A DNA stretch of 64,000 bases from Octopus vulgaris (Eukaryota), in contig OX597819.1 of assembly GCA_951406725.2 (NCBI GenBank), positions 88,846,001 to 88,910,000 of the forward strand. The letters are read 5' to 3'. Numbering within the stretch: the first letter of the stretch is position 1; every line of letters begins with the position of its first letter. Below the pieces are notes generated by a model that saw only the letters and a list, made by a program, of their open reading frames with translations, made no database searches and was not told the origin of the DNA. This document shows positions 11,643 to 23,806 of the stretch, piece by piece. Position numbers and translations under genes: made by a program.

Positions 11643-12524
11643 TATGAAGTTGCTATGGGCAACTTTTACTATCAACATATATCACTTTTGCATGCAAATC
11701 TTCATTCATTTCCACCATAAATTTAGCAATGATAATGACAATAATAAATAAAATAAAATGTGTTACTGCAGTATTTGTCTCGAGATAACATCTCTTACAG
11801 ACTTGCTGTGTTAAAAACACAATAAATATTGGCAGAAGACAAAAATAATTACCCTAGCAGAGGCTAGTGAGAACACCAGATGCATTTTTGTCTGAATAGG
11901 CCAGTTACTGCTGTATTTGTCCTAAAATACAAAACACTTTATTTCACGGTGCTCCAGTTCACTCAGCTGTAGAAATGATGCCAAGCTGTATCAGAGTTTG
12001 CCTTTCTTTTGGATAACATTGATGGCATGGAGAGAGGAGGAGGGTATGCATGAGTGACTGCTGGTCTTCTATAAACAACCTTGCCTGGATATGTACCTTG
12101 AAGGGGAACTTTCGAGCTGCAATCCCATGGTCATTCATGACCAAAGGGGATCCTTCCTTCTCCATAGTAGTTTTAAGTAAGCAGCTTTTGTGATGTTCTA
12201 GACACCATATAAATAACTTATGGTGTTTTTAACACAGCACATCCATAAGAAATGCTATCTTAAGATGAATACTGCAGTTAAGGTCAATATACATGTGTAT
12301 TTATAGTATATACTATGCACATGAATGTGTAATATATTAAGTATATACTTTAAGACTAAATCCCACACACTATGGACAAACAGTTTTAGTGCCTTGTGAG
12401 TAGTCTTGGATAAAGGAAGCTTATATGAATACATCCTCTAACAAAAAAAAATCTGTATGAACAGCAATTTCTGCCACCCTTCTGAACACAACTAGCCTAA
12501 GTCTAAATGCAGAACACAGAATAA

Positions 12525-13007
12525 CCCTTTTGTTAGCATTTTTTTGTTGAAATGTATTCTCTTTATTTCAATTAATTTTCAAATTAATGAAGAATTTAGT
12601 AAAATAACTTTGTCATTATTAAGATGGTGTTTGAAACAGATTAACAGGAAATTTGATAGAAAGCATTATTTTAGATCAGTGACTCCCAAAATTTTCAGGT
12701 TGCCACCTCTTTGACACCCAGGCCATATTCTTAGTTCCCTCACCCCAACTAACCATCAACTCATAGACCTGTCTCTGAAGCAAATTCAAAGCAACTGTAT
12801 TTGACAAATAAAGCTTAACCTAATGAACCCATTGTTTTGCTTTTACATGAATTATTTCATATGATTTAGTTTTGCTAATTAATTACTTCCACTGCACCAT
12901 GAGGTCAATACTGCCCACTTTGGAAACCACTGTTTTAGATCATTTTTAAAGCAGGAAGTTTGTATCAAAGAACCAGGGGTAGTAGTGGTGGTTTAATATC
13001 AAAAGGG
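12525..13007. mobile_element. Decayed piggyBac-type MITE hosting a hAT MITE
   Basis: Begins (a)taa-CCCTTTTG and ends CAAAAGGG-tt; a related reverse copy lies near 56720-56950. Confidence 0.5.
12677..12932. mobile_element. hAT (Charlie-like) MITE
   Basis: Termini CAGTGACTCCCAAA ... TTTGGAAACCACTG with a perfect 8-bp TSD TTTTAGAT (12669-12676 and 12933-12940). Confidence 0.82.
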
Positions 13008-13189
13008 TTTTAAGAAAGGAGAATCTAATTTTGGCTAGCAAGGAATCTCAGTATTCTGAAGAAAACCTGTTTTAATGTCTCCCATTAACCTTCTTCATAG
13101 CAAATCATCTAAGACTACTTCTGGTTTCATGATACAAAAGAAAACATATTAAAGGGTTCATATTTGTATTTAACTTCAGTTAAATAATG

Positions 13190-13530
13190 TGAAGGTGCAT
13201 GGCTCAGTGGTAAAAGTGTCCAGGTCAAAATCACAAGGTAGTGAGCTTGATTCCTAGACTGGGATGCGTGTGCGTTCTTGAGCAAGACACTTTATTTCAC
13301 ATTGCTCCAGTTCCCTCAGCTGTAGAAACGAGTTGCAACATCACTGGTGCCAAGCTGTATTGGTCTTTGCCTTTCCCTTGGATAACATCGGTGGCATGGA
13401 GAGAGGAGGAGGGTATGCATGAGTGACTGCTGGTCTTCTATAAACAACCTTGCCTGGACATGTACCTTGAAGGGGAATTTTCGAGGTGCAATCCCATGGT
13501 CATTCATGACCAAAGGGGATTCTTCCTTCT
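13190..13530 (+). mobile_element. tRNA-derived SINE family B
   Basis: Starts gtgaaggtgcaTGGCTCAGTGG with a B-box-like segment; other copies at 19103-19350 and 20647-20975. Confidence 0.8.
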
Positions 13531-14292
13531 TCATAGTAGTTTTAAGTAAGCAGCTTTTGTGATGTTCTAGACACCATATAAATAACGACAAAGTTAATCA
13601 CTAGTAAATCCCAACAAATTGTCAAATTGTTGATTATTTTCAAAACTGAAACAAATGGTCAGTGGCTGTTCATTAGAGTTACTACCACAAAGCGATTAAA
13701 GATGAAGAAATTGCTGAGGAAAAGTTGGCCAACACAAAGTTGGTTCTGTGACTCTGTAATATCACCATCATTGGTTTGTAAAGCTGTAGGTGTCATAGTA
13801 TACCCACTGTTCAGTCTTGAACAAGTAGATCTCCAATCAAGAGCTTTCCAGCCAAGCCAATCTCATCATTTTCCTATCTAAGACTATATTATCCAATGTG
13901 TATATCCATTTTTAAGGCATTAGAGTGTAATTCAAGGAAGATTTCATTGCTATTTCTAGCAAACTGAGTAACATTACAGTTGTTATTGGCCATTATAGTG
14001 GAAAAGAGGAATAGATAATAGTAGTAGTGGTTGTTGAAGTGGTGATGGCATGGGAGGTGGTGATGTCATGGGGTGGTGGTGATGGCAGTGGTGGCCTCAT
14101 TAAATGTACATTTAGTTTGTTCTGATTAATCCAAAGCAAGAAAACATATTATTAATTGTTTAATAAATGCCATGAAAAATTATTTCATATGATTTAGTTT
14201 TGCTAATTGATTACTTACGCTACCAGCAGAGTAGAAACTTAATTACTTTTCAGTACAACAAAAAACAGTTTAAGAAAAGATTACAAAAGGAA

Positions 14293-14682
14293 ATGTGTGT
14301 GTGTGTGTTATATACACATATGTGTGTATGTGTATGCAGGTTTGTGTTTGTGTGTATGAGTATGTGTATGTACATGTACACGTGCTTGTATGTGTGAGAG
14401 TATGTGAATGTGCATGTACATATGCATTTGTGTTTGTGCATATGTAAGTATGTGTATGTACATGTACATATGTGTTTGTGTTTGTATGTGTGTGAGTATA
14501 TGAATGTACATGTACACATGCATTTGTGTTTGTGCATATGTGTATGTATATGTACACATGTTTGTCTGAGTGTGAGTATGTGAATGTACACGTACACAAG
14601 TATGTACTTGTGTGTATGTGTGTATGTGTATGTACATGTACACACACATGTGTGTGTGTGTGTATGTGCATGTGCATGTGTG
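14293..14682. repeat. TG/CATG-rich compound minisatellite
   Basis: Recurrent tgtacatgtacac, tgtgtttgtgcatatg and gagtatgtgaatg units; it is the source of several spurious ORFs. Confidence 0.9.
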
Positions 14683-14814
14683 AAGGTGCATGTCCTGATT
14701 GATGGTTAGGGTGTTCAAGTCATATAATGCCAATGGTTTGCTTTCTGGACCAGGCAGCATGTGTCTTTGGGCAAGGCATATCATTCCAGCTGAAAATGAG
14801 AACCAGCCAAGTAC

Positions 14815-14997
14815 TGATGCAGTCTTTTCTCTCTAATCCTAAAATGTTCAGCTGGATTGGATCAAAGATAAGGGACCTAAGAAGATATCTATGCCTTCTC
14901 ATTGATACAGTCTTTTCTCTCTAATCCTAAAATGTTCTTCTGGATTGGGTCAAAAATAAGGGACCTAAGAGAATCTCTATGCCTCCTCATTAATACA
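14815..14997. repeat. Tandem duplication, unit of about 87 bp x2
   Basis: cagtcttttctctctaatcctaaaatgttc ... ataagggacctaaga occurs twice. Confidence 0.9.
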
Positions 14998-15202
14998 TAA
15001 GCACCTAAAAAATTTAGTGAAAGCATGGTATATTGTACCAGATCGATATCATTTGTAAGTTATGACTGAAAAAAAGAGACGCACAGACATTGTACTTTGT
15101 AAAGTATCACCCCCACCCCAGGATGACTAGATGGTCTTCGTCGCATCGAAAGACAAGCTACACACAGTGAAGGAGACAATGTAGGTTCAAGAAGACACTT
15201 AA

Positions 15203-15424
15203 CCCTTTAGCTTTGAAACTAGCCATTTCTGACCCAAAATATTCTACCTGTTTTACATTTCAAACTGACTGGATCCAGCTTCTTGCACCTATCCTACAAT
15301 ATCAGGCGAAAAATAAACACTCACATCACTGAGATCTCAAAGCTACAAAATAATGCATGATTAATTCAAAGCAATGTGAATAAATAAGCATTACATTTGA
15401 CAGAGTAATCTGAATGTTAAAGGG
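15203..15424. mobile_element. piggyBac-type MITE
   Basis: TTAA|CCCTTTAGC ... GTTAAAGGG|TTAA. Related copies lie at about 5232-5858 (split by the Helitron), 39365-39588 and 48577-48800. Confidence 0.8.
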
Positions 15425-16045
15425 TTAAGTTATCTTTAAGATAAGACAACCTCTCAATTGTTCATGCTACAATAAAATGTACCCAGTGTCCAGTGTGAAG
15501 TTTTGAGTTTTAAGAAGGGTATCTAGCTATGTACAAGTATCTAACCATAGAACCCATGCCAAAAATATAACATACCAATGTGACAGGGTCCTCTGACAGA
15601 AATAGCAGGGCAGTAATTCTGAAGAACTGACTCTGATCATGACAATTTATCTAACCCATGCTAAAAGACATGTTCTTTGTAGAATATTGGAAATGAATGA
15701 CATTGCTTGCATGACCTCATCACCGTTTAACATCTGCATTTCATTGCTGGCATGGGTTGGATGGTTTGACAGGACCCAACCAGGCAGAAAACTGTACCAG
15801 ACTTCTGTAACTGTTTTGACATGGTTTTTACACCTGAATGCCCTTCCTAACACCAACCACCCCATAGAATGTACTGAGTACTTTTTATGTAGCTCCAGCA
15901 CAGGCAATGTCAGTTTTCGCAGAGTACTGACACTTACTTATAACTAGCACATGATATCAAGACAAGGACACACATACACACACACACTACAGGCTTCTTT
16001 CAGTTTTCATCCACTCATAAGGTTTTGGTCAGCTAGGTGCATATA

Positions 16046-16260
16046 TGAGGGGGTGCTGAAAAGTTCCTGGTTTTGGGCAAAAGAAAATACAGGAGGATCA
16101 GTTAATTATGATTTTATTCAACATATTCACCTCTCAGATTCACACTTATAGCAGTAGCCCTTCAGTTTTTCTAAGACCTGTAAAAGAACTCAGAAGGTTA
16201 GGTCTCTAACCAAGCCTTTTGCAATACCCTAAAAGCCAAGAACTTTTCAACACCCCTTTG
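16046..16260. mobile_element. Mariner-type MITE inserted in a SINE
   Basis: TIRs TGAGGGGGTGCTGAAAAGTTCCTGG and CCAAGAACTTTTCAACACCCCTTTG, preceded by TA; SINE sequence resumes on both sides. Confidence 0.7.
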
Positions 16261-17754
16261 CAGCAGAAAACACTTGCCCAAAGTGCCACACAGTGGGACT
16301 GAACACATTTATAAATATAAAACTCAATGCTCAGTAAAATGTTTATATTGGTTTTATGCTTCTTCCACAATATTTGCATCTTTCTACAACAATAACTTCA
16401 GTTTCAACTGAAAACTGTAATTTCATTCAGTATTACATATAGATCAATAACCTTTTCTCAAAGAAACAAATAAAACAAAACTTATTTTATCTATCCTATA
16501 TCATAGCTAAGAGAGAATTTTAGAGTACAGAGTATGTGCAGGTATGGCTATGAGGTAAGAAGTTTGCTTTCCAACTACATGGTTCTGAGTTCAGTCCTAC
16601 TGTGGGAGCCCTGGGCCAACCAAAGCCTTCAGCATGGAATTAGAAAATAGGAACTGAAAGCAACCCGTCAAGTATGTGTGTCTGTGTGTCCATGTCTTGA
16701 CATCTTGTGATTGTTGTAAAATGATTGTCACTGTCATACAGCGTCATTCATTTCCAATATTCTGTGAGAACAAGTCCTAGCCATAACCACTATTAGCCTC
16801 ATGCCTCGTACACACATGTGATGAATGTATATATATAGGGCATCAAGCCATAGAAAATCTGCCTTAATAAATAAACTCTGTCCAACATGCGCAAGCATGG
16901 AAAAGTGGACATTAGAGTAAAGATGAAAAGGATGATAAAGAAAGTATGATTCATCTTCAGCTGTAACAGATCAAAGTAATTTATCATAAACCAACAAACC
17001 AAGCATAGCAGACTGTAAAACCCGAGATGAATGTCATTCTTCAACAAGAACAGAAGAAAATATAAAATATTTTTTCTTCAACTTTGTAACTGGTTTTCAA
17101 ATTGAAATTCTAGTCACATAACAGAATTAAGAAATTCTAGTCACATAAGCAAATTACGTTCTGCCAAGATATACTTCATCTTTCCTCCCATTAGGAAACA
17201 GAAGTATGTAATAAAATAAGTGCCAGGCAAATTTGTTGGGTGTCATTTCAAATTTAATGTATAAGTTATGTAAAAATATATGAGTTTGTTCCAATACCAG
17301 AAATAATAATCCAAAATTAATCTAAAACTTGCTATTCCAATAATTCGGTCACATAAGTGGTGAACAAAGATAACAATTTCAAAGAAATTTCCAGTAAAAG
17401 TTAAATATATACATACAATTCTGGCAAGTTAATATTCATTTTGTCCAACCCATGCCAGCATGGAAGAAAGGGGTTAAATGATATAGATGATGACAATGAT
17501 ACGTGTGTGTGTGTGTGTGTGTGCGTAGGTGTGGGTGCTAGTAAGTGTGTAAGTGTATATATATAGGATAAGGATAAACAAAAGAATAAAGACCCTTCTG
17601 AAGTCATATAGACTCATAGGGTCAATTTCCTGGTTCTTGTGACATATATATTACCCCTGGATGGGTTACCAGTCCAGTAATCAAAACCACAATCTTACGA
17701 TCATGAGTCCAATACCCTAACCACTAAGCCTCATGCCTCTACACACATGTATGA

Positions 17755-17796
<42 letters not shown>

Positions 17797-18459
17797 TAGC
17801 TTAAAAACAAAAACCACCCTATCAGGCAGCTTTTAAGCTACTGACTCCATATGGGAAGACCTGCAAACAAATCTCTGACTTGTTTTGGAGTATTTGTTGC
17901 AATTACTTCTTCCAGGGTCATATCCCAATGATGATATTTGCCACAAAAAAAAAAAATCATGTAAAAAAAAAAAATCACTGAAAATAATCACTGGATTTTG
18001 CAATTAATTTTGATTATTTCCAAAACTTATTTCCAAGTTAAAAAAATTGTTATCAAACAAAAAAATTTGTTGCAAAAAAAATCACATAAAAAAGATCACA
18101 GTAATGAAAACTTGAGAATCCAAAATTTCAGGATTGTGGGCCCGGATGCGGCCCAGAATGCTTTCATTTTATTCATGGAGTCAGTCTGATACTAAAATCG
18201 TTTGATATGTTGGGCTACGGCCTCTAGGAGTAAAGTTGAACAAGTTTGACACACTGACATTCATATTTATTATATAAGATATGCACACACAAATACGGAT
18301 ATATATATATATACATAGACACACACACACACATACATACATATATATACATCTATGTGTGTGTATGTGTATCCCATTAAAAAGACATTATGCTTTTGCT
18401 TTTTGTTTACAAAAAGATTCCCCACCCCCCAAAGAAAAATATATGCTAAAGTTACTCAC

Positions 18460-18576
18460 GGCAGTTCAGTTCGTCGCTTTTATCCCCACAGTCATCATCA
18501 CCATCACACTGCCATGTTTTTCGAATACATTTGTGGTTTGTGCAGGTGAATTGGTTACTAGAACACGTCGAATACA
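18460..18576 (-). CDS. LRP4: Internal coding exon, LDL-receptor class A repeat (LRP4-like gene; most upstream exon visible)
   Basis: Minus strand reads ttttcag|TG ... C|gtgagt; 117 nt, phase 1-1; translates [38 protein letters not shown] with 6 Cys, W-x-C-D and D-C-x-D-x-S-D-E. The exon is certain; the LRP4 name comes from recalled similarity to LRP4 repeat 2 and is tentative. Confidence 0.9.
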
Positions 18577-19370
18577 CTGAAAATTACAAAAAAAAAAAAT
18601 TATATATATATATGAGTGTATGTTTGACTGTGTAAAGCAAAAATGAACAAAGACAAAATGCATTAAAAAATTTCTATTTGTAGTAACCTAAAATGATGTG
18701 ATGAAGACTCTGAAAAATAATATAGATTTTTATAGACAATAAGCTGTATTTTTGACATAAAAGGCTTGGATTAATAATTCTAAACCACAATTAACTTTCA
18801 ATAAATACTTCTTGATGGGTAAACATCTTTTGCTATATTTCTGAGCCGACCAAAGCCATGAGAGTGGATCTCATGACAGGGTGTAATTTGAGCAAGACTT
18901 ACTTGATATTTCAATTTTTCTGTCAGGTCAAATGATTTCCACCTCATATTATCTCAAAGTGACTAAACTAAGCTGTCCGGAGCCTATAAAACTATCTCAA
19001 TCATTATCTTTGATGATAAAATAAGAAATGAAGGACCTGGAAGGTTATATTTCACCCTTTGCCTATCTAAAGCATTTTGATAAGTTTGTCTCAAACAACC
19101 TTGTGAAGGTGCATGGCTCAGTGGTTTCAGCGTTGGGCTCATAATCATGAGGTAGTGAGTTCAATTCCCAGACTGGGCTGCGTGTTGTGTAAATGAGCAA
19201 GACACTTTATTTCATGTGGCTCCAGTTCACTCAGCTGTAGAAATGAGTTGTGATGTCACTGGTGCCAAGCTGTATTGGACTTTGCCTTTCCCTTGGAAGG
19301 AAACTTTCTAGGTACAACCTCATGGTCATTCATGACTAAAGGGAAGTCTTTATCATATATATATATATAT

Positions 19371-20045
19371 CAGGAAGTTCTCAATTCCACTAATCTTACA
19401 CTTCCTAAACAAGTCAGCATTAGAAATTCTGTCTTTTAGTGAATTACTGCAGATTGTCCTCAGATGGTCTTTGTGGAAAATATCTAGTTGATTAATGTGT
19501 TGTCTATAGGGTGTCCACAATCTGAGCCATACAAGTGAGTAGTAAGAATGCCAGCTTTATAGACCTGTATTTTGGTGTCAAGTTTCTTGTCCCTTTCATT
19601 CCACAAGCAATGATGGAGTTTGCCAAATGTGTAAAAATTGGTGGAATTGAGAGCTTCCTTATACAATCACAATTGTGCTGGGCTGGCCATGTCAGAATGA
19701 GTGACGAAAGAATACCCAAAGTCCTCATGCACAGCCAGCTAGAGAGTAGACACAGAAATGGTTCAGATTTGAAGACAAGCGGGATAGCTCTCAACACCTT
19801 TGAGTGAACAGCCTTGGAACAAACAAAATGGCAATCGTTGTGTCAAAATGGTACTAAAAACTTTGTTGCAGCCAGCATTAACAGGCTTCAGGGTGCAAGG
19901 CAAAGAAGAAAAGCAGCTGCAAATAAACCACTTGCACTGACCTGTAATCTTCATACTTGCAACATCTGTGGCCTTCTTTGCAAATCGTTGGCAGGACTTA
20001 AATGTCACATTTGGCACAAGCATTAGGACTGACAAAGAAGGAGTA
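19371..20045. mobile_element. RTE (BovB-like) LINE 3' fragment with inverted 5' part
   Basis: Minus 19630-19371 encodes KLDTKIQVYKAGILTTHLYGS ... RISNADLFRKCKISGIENFL. Plus 19630-20026 encodes KIGGIESFLIQSQLCWAGHVRMSDERIPK ... CNICGLLCKSLAGLKCH. Confidence 0.85.
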
Positions 20046-20099
20046 CATTGTCGGAGCCTTATATGTTGAACACGACGTCTGCCATATATATATGTGTGT

Positions 20100-20415
20100 G
20101 TGGAGGCACAATGGCCCAGTGGTTAGGGCAGCGGACTCGCGGTTGTAGGATCGCGGTTTCGATTCCCAGACTGGGTATTGTGAGTGTTTATTGAGCGAAA
20201 ACACCTAAAGCTCCACAAGGCTCCGGCAGGGCAGGGGGTGGTGGCAATCCCTGCTGTACTCTTTTGCCACAACTTTCTCTCACTCTTTCTTCTGTTGGCC
20301 TGCTCGCTTAGCCAGCAGGGTGGCGTCATTTGGAGGCTAAAATAATGCGAAGTGCATTGTGACCAGCGATGTGTAGCAACAGCTGATAACCTGGTCGGTC
20401 ATGGTGATCACAGTG
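20100..20415 (+). mobile_element. tRNA-derived SINE family C
   Basis: TGGCCCAGTGGTTAG ... GGTTTCGATTCCC head; a related copy lies at 6187-6490. Confidence 0.8.
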
Positions 20416-21858
20416 ATATATATATCATCATCATCATCGTTTAACGTCCGCTTTCCATGCTAGCATGGGTTGGACGGTTCCACTGGGGTCTGGCAAGCCC
20501 GAAGGCTGCACCAGGCCAGTCAGATCTGGCAGTGTTTCTACAGCTGGATGCCCTTCCTAACGCCAACCACTCCGAGAGTGTAGTGGGTGATTTTATGTGC
20601 CACCGACACAGGTGCCAGACGAGGTTGGCAATATATATATATATTGTGAAGGCGCATGGCTCAGTAGTTAGAGCATCAGGCTCACAGTTATGAGGTAGTG
20701 AGTTTGATTCCCAGACCGGGCTGTTTGTTGTGTTCTTGAGCAAGATACTTTATTTCACGTTGCTCCAGTTCACTCAGCTGTAGAAATGAGTTGTGATGTC
20801 ATTGAGACCAAGCTGCATCGGTCTTTGCCTTTCTCTTGGATAACATTGGTGGCATGGAGATGAGAGGCTGGTATGCATGGGCGAATTCTAGTCTTCCATA
20901 AACAACCATAGTAAGACTTGTACATTAGAAGGGAACTTTCTAGGCGCAATCTCATGATTGAAGGGGGTCTTTAGCCACCCTTTTTTCCTTAACCCAAATA
21001 TCCATGCTTGTTTTCAGACTTTAACTGAACCTTTGTTTCATATTTTCAGAGTAATATAAAGCTTTCCGTTCATTAATTTCCAATCTATTCTGGTGTCTGA
21101 AAAACATTGGAAATGTGCATCATATACATAATGCATGGACACCAGGGAAATATGTTCTGTATATAATATGTAATACACAGAACAGGCAATGGGTTAATGT
21201 GTATCTTTTAGTATCTTAAACATACAAATCATACTCACAAAATAAAGAAAACATGTAATACAGACAAGAAGTCTTCCAATACAAACGCTTATTATCTTAC
21301 AAATTACCCTTCACAAAAAAAAAATAAAAAGGTTTTGTACTTATATTATTAAAAATCATTATCTTGTGTGCACACGCACATGCACAGACAACAATGAGAA
21401 AAAAAATCGGAGAGAAAAAGAAAAAAGGCTGAAGTTATATAAAAAAAAAAACCAACAAAAAATAAAAACAAACACCCTGGCAGTCAAACATTTTATCTTC
21501 TAATGAAACATCAGTGTGAACATATTAGAGAAATAGAGTTCCAGAAAAGTTCACCTGCCACACAGACAGGAAAAGATAAAAGAATGAAAGGAACACATCA
21601 TTCTCTCTTACATCTTTATACATCTTTTAACCACCCATCATCCTTTTGTCTCTAGCCTTCTCTCTCTCTCTCTCTCTCTATCTATTTATCTATCTCTTAT
21701 ACATACACTCATAGAGGATAGTTGATATAATTAGTAATTTTTGTTTCTTCCCTAATCTCTCCTTTCTGATTGAATTAAATTTTGGAAAACATTTACTAGA
21801 TAACCCATTGCAACACATTACATACTCTAAGAAAAGTTAATGGATTCTGAGACAGTAT

Positions 21859-21902
<44 letters not shown>

Positions 21903-23505
21903 GACTTTGCAAACATGCATGAGTACACACATACACTAATTATATACCCACCACTATCATTCTTGCTGCAAACCATTACCTACACTCCTCTTCACAAACA
22001 CTAAATACTCTCTCTCTCTTTCACAAACACTAAATACTCTCACACACACACACTTCCTGCTTCTCCTCCCTGATTTATTATCCATCATTGACTTGTTCTC
22101 TGTATTTGCACTAAGATCATCTTTGATTCAACTGGCACTGGACAGCCCAGCTTGTCACTCTGACAAACACACACACACATACACACACAAGGCAAAAATG
22201 ATGGGGGGGGGGTTCTTTCTCTGTTTTCTTGGTTAATTAAACATGACAAGACAAAGATTGAACATCCTTAATTAGACCCTAGGGCCCCCTATAACAAAGA
22301 CATTTTAGGGAACAGGAGACAAAAAGTCTCTTCAGTACAAAACCAACATATTTCTTCCATTTGACTAAAGAAAAAGGGAGAAGGAAGAACAGTCTGTATT
22401 TATTTCAAACATAATCAGCAGCCTTTATAGTGACTAGTCCTATGGAGAAGTTTTTTTGTTTTATATTTCATATATATCAGCAGTAGTAGCATTTAATATC
22501 CATGTTGCATGGTGGAATGAGTTGGGCAGTCTGACTGGGTCCGAGGACTGCATTGGTGCTCCAGCGTCTGCCTTGGCATGGTTTCTACAACTGGATGCTC
22601 TTCCTAATGCCAGCCCTTTTACAGCATCTGCTGGGTGCATGTTTCTGTGCCACCAGCACAAGTGAGGTCACCATTCCGCACACCATTACAAGACTACAGA
22701 CCCTGAGAAAGGAGGATGCACACAGATACAGAGATGGGGGGAAGGGAGGGGGAGAGAAAGGAAGGAGGGTGACAGAGCGAGGAAAGAAAGGAGAGAGGGA
22801 GTGAGGGAGATGGAGAGAGGGGAGAGAGAGAGGAAGGGAGACTGAGAGAGATGGAGCGAGGTAGAGAGAGAGAGAGAGAGAGAGAACTGTGCAGCTAAGA
22901 GGCTTTTTTGCACCCACATAATTCTATGTTTGATCCCATAATATTGTACTTTGGGCAGAGATGTCGTCTGCTCTGGCCCCAAGCTGACCAACATTTTGTG
23001 AATGGAATTTAGCAGCAGATGGAAACAATACAGAAACTTGTATGTTTGTGCATATGTGTGTGTGTTTGTGCATGTGTGTGTGTGTGTGATGAGACTTATC
23101 TCAGCATGGAGCTGTTGTTTATACATGGCATCACTTAAGAGGCGACTGATGTTTTGGAACTGATTCTTTATTTCAAAACATCAATATCTTTCCCCAGCCA
23201 CATAAAAACTTGCTTAAAAACACACTAGCTTCACTGCATAATTTTTATGGATGCAGTTCACCGCCAGTTTCCCTAGAATCTGATTTCGTTTTTATATCAT
23301 TTACTCATTTCAGTCATTGGACTGCAGCCATGCTAAGGCATCACCTTAATGGGTTCTAGTCAAGCAAATTGATCACTGTACTTATATTTTTTTAAATATC
23401 TGGTACTTATTCTAGTGGCCTCTTTTGCAAAAACGCTAGGTTACAAGGACATAAACAAACTAATACTGGTTAAGTGGTGATGGAACTAGCACAAATACAC
23501 ACACG

Positions 23506-23552
<47 letters not shown>

Positions 23553-23650
23553 GTTAATCCAAACAAGAAAACACAGAAAAAAAACACAGCAACGCGAGGA
23601 CGTGGAACAATTAAAGTATTATTTGACGCTCAGGAAAGAAGGGAAGGAGG

Positions 23651-23685
23651 GTTTAACGTTTCAAGCAGAGCTCTTCGTCGGAAAC
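23651..23685 (-). ncRNA. Minimal, variant hammerhead motif within a Penelope-like fragment (about 23552-23776)
   Basis: Minus strand: GUUU-CCGACGA-A-GAGC-UCU-GCUU-GAAA-CG-UU-AAAC. The core has a U4C change; the segment is bounded by (TA)n on both sides. Confidence 0.55.
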
Positions 23686-23774
23686 AAGGAGAAGGAAAGA
23701 TCCCAAGAAGGGAAGACAGAGGAAAAAAATATTTTTGCTGGTGGTGCTCAAGAGATCACATGTTGAAAGAACAG

Positions 23775-23806
<32 letters not shown>

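Noticed and set aside
20993-21193. piggyBac MITE (TTAA-CCCA...TGGG-TTAA)
   Set aside because: Only about 4 bp of terminal match and no second copy in the window; possible but unsupported.
23157-23193. Small hairpin tgatgttttgga...ttcaaaacatca beginning with ctgatg
   Set aside because: It lacks the complete CUGANGA core and stems I and III, so it is not a hammerhead; short AT-rich hairpins arise by chance.
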